Source of the DNA: Callorhinchus milii
Taxonomy: Eukaryota
Length of the DNA stretch: 64,000 nt
Direction: 5' to 3'
Assembly: GCF_018977255.1 (NCBI RefSeq)
Contig: NW_024704742.1
Location: forward strand, 78,494,001-78,558,000
Shown: positions 63,489-64,000 of the stretch, piece after piece
How the letters are laid out: each line of letters starts with the position of its first letter
How positions within the stretch are numbered: position 1 is the first letter of the stretch
Made by a program: the position numbers and the translations under genes
The notes under the pieces: generated by a model
The model's database searches: none
The model's input: only the letters and a program-made list of their open reading frames with translations
Told to the model about the DNA's origin: nothing

Positions 63489-63664
63489 CTGAAAAACATA
63501 AATCACAGTGTGAAAACCATTCAGTTCTTACAGAGAAGAAACATATCCACACCATATATTATTCTTTCCTGTGAACTGTTTGGCAGTGATGGAGAATTCA
63601 AATTTATACCCATTTATATTTATTTATATATATTTTTATGTATATATTTACACCCACTTAGTAT

Positions 63665-64000
63665 ATAATAATAATCCTTGCATTTGAGATAGCACCTTAT
63701 CATGTTGGTGAAAAATGCGACAGCCAATTCCGCACAGCAGTGTCCCACTGTACTGTACTGTGTACTGTAAAGTGTAGTCACTGTGTATTTTGTAGGTGAA
63801 TGTAGCAGCCAGTTCAAGCACAACAATTTCCCACAAACAACCATAAAGTGAATGACCAATTTTATGTGGGCCAGGGCATCAGAAGAAACTCTCTCCTTTC
63901 AGATCGTGCAATGGGAACTTTATTGCCCACCTGAGCTGCCAGACAGCACCACAATTTGACATCTCATCTGAACGACGACACCTCCAACAATGCAGTACTG
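63665..64000 (-). mobile_element. Deu-domain SINE in the last intron of the beta subunit gene, cut by the window edge
   Basis: Reverse complement CAGTACTGCATTGTTGGAGGTGTCGTCGTTCAGATGAGATG... plus the shared tail. Confidence 0.7.

Overview
Vertebrate genomic DNA. The repeat content (tRNA-derived CORE-like and Deu-domain SINEs, L2, CR1 and RTE LINEs) suggests a cartilaginous fish, possibly a chimaera; the organism is inferred, not shown. The window holds a neuronal nicotinic acetylcholine receptor cluster, all on the minus strand. (1) A complete six-exon alpha subunit gene, best matching CHRNA6: CDS join(33009-32949, 32533-32394, 32229-32185, 29963-29854, 29629-28627, 22582-22466), 1476 nt, 491 aa, all introns GT-AG and in phase. 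(2) About 30 kb upstream, the terminal M4 exon of a beta2/beta4-class subunit (63488-63336), absent from the ORF track and by position probably CHRNB5. (3) About 21 kb downstream, a lone signal-peptide first exon (1425-1371), possibly CHRNB3 lying in tandem rather than tail-to-tail. The remainder is repeat-rich: nested LINE/SINE insertions, palindromic MITE-like relics, microsatellites and a ~730 bp GGGCT/GAGCT pentamer array. Candidate regulatory sites are a strong RE1/NRSE match at 4253 and an exact PBX-MEIS/PREP decamer upstream of the alpha gene. I found no convincing wholly new biological system. The best leads are the gene order, the alpha3-like residues in this alpha6, and the repeat architecture at the gene 5' ends. 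Repeat boundaries are approximate, and homolog sequences used for comparison are recalled from memory.
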